Source: Selaginella moellendorffii (taxonomy: Eukaryota; Plantae; Lycopodiophyta). From it: a DNA stretch of 64,000 nt. Below, in pieces: positions 58,140 to 64,000 of the stretch. Position numbers and translations under genes: made by a program. The notes beneath the pieces are model-generated. The model was not told the DNA's origin. It did not search any database and saw only the letters and a program-made list of their open reading frames with translations. The stretch spans positions 366,105-430,104 of the forward strand of contig NW_003314382.1 in assembly GCF_000143415.4 (NCBI RefSeq), written 5' to 3'. Position 1 is the first letter of the stretch. Each line of letters begins with the position of its first letter.

Positions 58140-61100
58140 TGTAAGGAACCAACTCCCCAAGGTGTCGTAGGCTAAAGGATCCCCGAAGGCACGACCGAAA
58201 TGATAAAGAGTTCATCAGATGGGACCAAGTATAAGATCGAGTCTAAGACCGACTCTGAGACCGAGTTCAAGATTCTTGTCACAACCCGACTTGAGAGGGA
58301 AACAAGGTTAGTGGGCCAATACTTTGGCCAAGTTTGATTGCGAGATTCTGTATAAACCTAGGAAGAGCAACATCGTGGCGGATGCTTTAAGTCGAAAAAT
58401 GAGCTTGAAATTGGTGATATTTAGCGTGACAGCAACCTTTTGGGATGATGTGCAAATAGCATATGAGAATGATGGTCTAGCACAAGAAGTGTTGCTAAGG
58501 AACCAAAAAGTGCGAAAAGCTCACTAAAAAGGTGAGCTGTCAACGGAAGAGAAAACAGGTTATGCAAAATGCAATAGACTCATCTATTATAAACAAACGA
58601 GGGTGTATGTTCCAAAAAAAGAACTAAGGAAGGTAGTTTTAAAAGAGTGTCATGATAAACCTCTTGCTGGACACGGTGGAGTGCCCAAGACAATGGGCTT
58701 ACTCAAGAAGAAATATCACTGGCCAGATATAGCTAAGGACGTCCAAGACTATGTAAAAACATGTCCAACATATCAGTAGATCAAAGCCGTGACTAAGGTT
58801 AGTGGGGGGCCTGTTACAAAGCATTCCAATTCCAGATCGTCCATGGAAATGTCTTATAATGGACTTCATAAGACTCCCTTGAAGTGAGGGGTTTGATGCG
58901 ATATTCGTGGTGGTGGACTGGTTTTCAAAGATGGCACATTTCATACCCACCATAATAAAAGTGGATGTAAAAGGTGTGGCAAAACTGTTCTTCGAACAAG
59001 TGGTTTGAGTGCAGGGAAGGCCAGAAGAGATTATCTTAGATCCAGATAAGATCTTCACTAGTAGGTTTTGGAGAACTCTCCTATAATAGTATCGCACCAA
59101 GTTGAAATTCAGCATAGCCTATCACCCACTGACAAGTATTGGGTATTAAGTCAAGTTTGATGGCACTAATACTTCTTAATAAATAGACATACAGAAAGGG
59201 TGAATAGGCAGCTGGAAGATTGTTTGCAATGTTATGTCTTTGGAGACCAGACTGATTGGGTAAATCATTTGGGACTTGCGGAAATATGCTATAACAACTC
59301 ACCACATTTGAGTATCGAGGTGAGTCCATGGTAAGTCATTAACAAAAGAGCTATTGAAAGTCCGGTGGAACTTGGTGTGGCCGAGTATCATGGAGAGTTA
59401 CCCACAGTGGAGGCATTCACGACGGAAAAACTCAACATTTGGAATTTAGTGAGAGATTCCTTAGAACGGGCTTAACAAAGGCAAACCAAGTATGTGAACC
59501 AGAAGCGCTAGGACGTAGAGTTCCAATTTGGGGAGAAGGTGTGGTTGAACACCAAGAATCTAATGCTACCAAGAGGGATTAGCTGGAAGCTGACCCAAAA
59601 GTAAAAATACATGTATTCCTAGAAATGAACTGATCTTGAGTTCTTTAAGCAAGTTTGCAGGGCCTTACGAGATTGAGGCACGAATTGGTAAGGTGGCTTA
59701 CCGCCTCTAACTTCCTCGAGAGATGGGGAAGATGCACCCTGTGTTCCATGTGAACTTACTCAAGCTGTACTTTGAGGATCTGCTTCGCAAGGACCAAGTA
59801 AGACCTTTACCTGAGGTTATTCAAAGGGAAGAGGAATACGAAGTCAAGGCCATCCTCAATGTGGGCAAAAGCAAGCGACAAAGACGTGAGGTGAGGGAGT
59901 TCCATGTGAAGTGGAAAGGATTTCCACACTGCGAAGTAGCATAAAAACTTGAGGAGGACCTAACAAATGTGTGGGATCTAGTGGAGGAATTTTTGCAAGG
60001 TAGAACTCTATATACTTATGCAAAATTCAATTAAAGAATCTATTTTGAGAAATTGAGCAATATTATATATTGGGATGCCAAAGGTAAGTTAATTAGCATG
60101 GGTTAGCAACATCAACCAAGCATAAGGAACTACACTTGACTCCCCATGGGGATGTCGAATTCGTAGATGTATTCTATGGAGGTTGGGTTTGAGTCCCAAC
60201 CCCCTAGTAAAGCAAGGTTCAAATCCCAACCCCATACTAGGGTGTGGTGAGGTGAGAGGTATAGGGACACCTATATTCCATTGTCATGGGCTGTTGGCCG
60301 GAGAGGCTAGTTTAGGCATACCGCTAAGTGGGGGGATGCCCCCGGAGACATGGTCAACAAGTCGTAGGATTAAAAAGAGATGTTCGATATGGGTATTGAA
60401 CTTCTTCTATGGGTGGTGGAATTGTAAGGAACTGACTCTCTGAGGTGTCGTAGGCTAAAGGATCCCCGAAGGCACGATTGAAATGATAAAGAGTTCATCG
60501 AATGGGACCGAGTTTGAGATCGAGTTCAAGACTGACTCTAAAACCGAATTCGAGACAGAGTCCAGAATCAAGTCTGAGGCCAACTCCGAAACCAAGTTCA
60601 AGACCGAGTGTGAGATCCGAGATCAGATCTGAGACTGAGTCCAAGGTCGAGTCCGAGATAGAGTCCGAGATCAAGTCCGAGACCAAGTCCGAGGCTAAGT
60701 CCGAGGTCGGGTCTGAGATTAAGTCCAAGACTAAGTCCGAATACTAATATATGTCGAGGGGTGAAAGCCCAAAGCGTGTGTCTCCTGGGGGGGGGGCAGC
60801 TGCAGGGGGTTCCAAAAGTATAGTAGAGATAGTGAGGTCCAAGAACCAGTCTTGAAGGAACTCTCTAGTGGTGCTTCCAAATTGATTTGAGGTTGAGATT
60901 GGGGTTGAGGGGCCTTGGGTGGGAATAAGCATGGACTTAGGTGGTTTTAGAGGGGCCACCTAAGAAAGTGCTCAAGAGAAACTCCCACTCTCGGAAGGGA
61001 AACCAATTATGGTGCTCCCGGCTCATGTGAAATAATGCCCCACTTGAGTACTTTGTAGCTCATTAGTCCTTGCCCTTTCTAGGGGCTTGGGCTTTCCCTT

Positions 61101-61525
61101 CAGGATGGAAGTGGGGGTACCATATTGGGCCGTTAAGCCACAGTGTTTCCCCCCGGTATCTTGAAGTAAGTGTTGCACCTAAAGCTTGGGATTTAAAGGG
61201 TCCCATGATCAAGTCATGTTGTACCAAGGGATGTTAGAAACCTGGTAGCTTGGTATGCTTGGCTGTTTATGCCTGCGGGGAGTGTAGCCGAACCTTAAGT
61301 CTAGTCTAACCAAGGGAGGGGGATTAGGAGAGATTTGAGAATCTGTGGATGGATGGCTAACACTCCATTGCTCATGCGGTGAATAGCTGAAACCAAGTAG
61401 GACCAAGTAGGAGCTGGTACAATAGGTAGGAACCTTGGCAAGGGAACTTAATTAACCCCAAGGCCATGGTGGTTGGATAGACGAGGTAAGTTAACAAATT
61501 GGAAAAGAAAAATTTGTGGCTTACA
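58140..61525 (+). mobile_element. Internally deleted, decayed chromovirus (Ty3/gypsy)
   Basis: TSD CCAAC on both sides. Truncated 5' LTR (58140 to about 58272) fused to the end of RNase H (KPRKSNIVADALSR); decayed INT (ECHD..AGH..YVKTC, AYHP, GPY, MHPVFHVNLLK); chromodomain EEEYEVKAIL..FHVKWKGF; 3' LTR 60423-61525. Confidence 0.88.
60423..61525 (+). repeat. 3' LTR (1103 bp) with degenerate CCGAG-type tandem repeats
   Basis: TGTAAG...CTTACA; first ~130 bp match 58140-58272; preceded by a G-rich PPT. Confidence 0.85.
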
Positions 61526-64000
61526 CCAACTTTGTGGATGAGCAGATCCGTAGCACATTTCTTGGGTATTGATTTTGAACTTTATTAGCAATACAAGTCT
61601 TGCTTGAGCTATATTACTGACTAGATGGTGTTGTGATTGTTTGCACAATAAATAACAATTCTATAGTGTAGGTAGTATATGACTCTGGTAGGTTAGTGTT
61701 TGCTATCAAAGAATATCATTTTTTCAAATGTTAACTTAAAGGATTTCATAAGTTGCCTCCAACTTCAAGGAGGTAAATTATGTTTATTAACATTTCAATA
61801 CATGTTTAATTTTTCTTTATAGATCACAATCACCTACTTTATAGATTATAGTTTCTAGAATTGGAGTTTTAGAAGTCTCCCCAACTATGCAAAAGCTATA
61901 ACTTAACAAATGCAAAGTGAATTTTCCCCATAATATCAATATAGGAGGAGGCATAGATGGAATTAATATGTTGATGATGAGGTAGAAGAAACTTAAATAC
62001 ATCCTTACATGAAATGAAAAGCTTATCATATATCAAATATCTTTGACAGTATTAGTGTTAAGTATCATAATTGCAAATTGTCATTCTTGCCTACCACCAT
62101 CACTTTGTAGTGCTTGCATGTTGCTATCTTGTCTTTCAACTTTTATAAACAATTCTATATGAGGTGATAACACTATTTATATAGCAATTGTGGTAGTGCT
62201 CAAAAAAACTATTCAAGCTCATAGAAATGAATTCCTAACCCAAGACAAAAAGGCATATTGAACATCTTAGAATTAAATGCTCAATATGTTCATTGATTCC
62301 CACTAAACTAGGATGGATGTTGTGTGAATCTGAAGGCCAGCAAGAGAGTGTACACTTTTTCTTCTTTCAAGTCATTTTTAAATCAAGGACACTATACCTT
62401 ATTTATTATAATTGTTTTATTGTGAATATTCCATTCTAGAACAAGATATGTTACCTATAACTAATATCATTTTATATATATTTGTATATTTATATATACA
62501 TATTCTTTAAAAATATAGTTTAGTAAAGTAACCCTAGATTTTACATTCCACTATATCCCAAATAGATGTTGTTCCTCACAATGAATTTATAATGAGTATG
62601 TGTTTGTAACTTGTTTTAGAATTTATTGTATATCCATGCATGAACATTTTTTAGACCTACTGTTGGGCAATTGCTATTATGCTCAAGAAAAGTTTATAAA
62701 CCCATAGATCTATTTGTGCAAAAAAGAGTAGCACATTAGACATCAAATATAATAGCATTTTGTGCTTTTAAGTAGCCCTATTATATCAGGAGTAAGGTCT
62801 TGGAGAAACATGTGGCATTACTCTTGAAACGCTAGAGGTAATCCCTCTCTAGTAACAATATTCAGAATTTCATATATAATGAGTTTTAGTTCAACTTCAT
62901 TTGTGCCCACAATAGAAAAAAGACTATTATGTGAAGGTGAAAGTGGAATATGGGAGTCCAAATACAAGTAATAGTAACTTTCCTTCAAGTCATTCTTATA
63001 TAAACTTTTCAACTTTGCAAGGAGCATAATGAAAAAATTATGATAATTATAACTTTTCCTTGTAGTTTATATACTAAGTTTTAGTTTTGGGAAAGAAGTT
63101 TAATTATGATGACATTGACAATAAATTGTCAGTCTAAAAAATGGGGCTTCATAATCATAGGTTGCTTGTAAACAGAAGAGCTTCTAGAATTCTAGGTTTT
63201 TGTGTATATATATGCTCTATCATTCTAACAAAAATCTACACTACGCATATATTCTCTTTTATAGTTGTGCCAACTTTCTAGGGAAATACACTAAAGCTCT
63301 ATTTCGTTAAAGTGGGAATTGTCATTATCCCACTTGTAAAATAAGGTTTCCAAACCTTTATATAGTATATAAATATAACAAAATTCAACTGCATTGAGGC
63401 ACATGCCATTTTATTTTAAACAAGGAAATGTCTACTCAATCACTTCTCACTGCTTCACCTCTCTCTTCTCCTTGTCATTGTCGTCCAATTTCTTTCCATC
63501 CTTTTAATATTGGCTCAGTTGCTCCGAGTCTAGGTGGAGCCCAAGTCCCCATTCAATCTTTACTTTCCCCTTATTAATAAAACAACTTCGTAGACTTCCA
63601 ATAACATGCTGTAACACTTCTAGTATAATGCAAATCCTCTCAAAGAATTGTCTTTTAATATTAATACAATGGCATGGAACCCCATGCCATAATAAGTTAC
63701 ATTTTTAAATAAATACATGCCATCTCAGACTGTTATTTTTTGCCTCCAACGCCTATACAATAATCTTGGAATTTCATCACTCTCCACACTATCAGGATTT
63801 AAACCCAATAGTAATGCCATCTCTTCTCTAATACGTCCACGCTCATGTTCAGTGGTCGAAGAACCCATCCGGTTGAGCAGATTATGGAGATGCGGATAGT
63901 GCTTGGCTAGACAATATACATGCCATAAATGATGACTGGTGTCTGTCCGATCAAATGGCTTCTGATATACCGTTCCATCTGCCATTTGGTTGATTTCTGC

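Overview
Land-plant nuclear DNA. The 50-65 nt introns, compact GC-rich gene islands, AT-rich transposon-derived gaps and many single-exon PLS/SS-type PPR genes suggest a lycophyte such as Selaginella (inference, not verified). From left to right: a Crinkler-like NTPase+REase gene with one premature stop; a laccase; TL17; a C2H2/RING-like zinc protein; an intron-containing tRNA-Tyr; MPH2/TL16.5; a PPR gene; a full-length Ty3/gypsy element with 174-bp LTRs and a nested solo LTR; a duplicated cluster of four small Cys-containing membrane proteins interleaved with PPR genes and a PPR pseudogene; a decayed second copy of the gypsy element; a PLS-E-DYW PPR gene with an N-terminal OSB-type PDF motif; PLATZ; ALG3; an EDR2-like (DUF1336) gene; and a decayed TE field containing an internally deleted chromovirus. 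Best leads: (1) fusion of a PDF motif (ssDNA-binding in OSB proteins) to a PPR with an intact DYW deaminase, no evident transit peptide and a recent 333-bp internal repeat expansion; (2) tightly packed small-protein/PPR cassettes with an in-frame splice route and an ATGA stop/start overlap; (3) a -1 frameshift slippery site plus H-type pseudoknot at the gypsy gag-pol junction; (4) a miR408-complementary site across the laccase start codon. All family calls come from motif recognition by eye; no searches were run.
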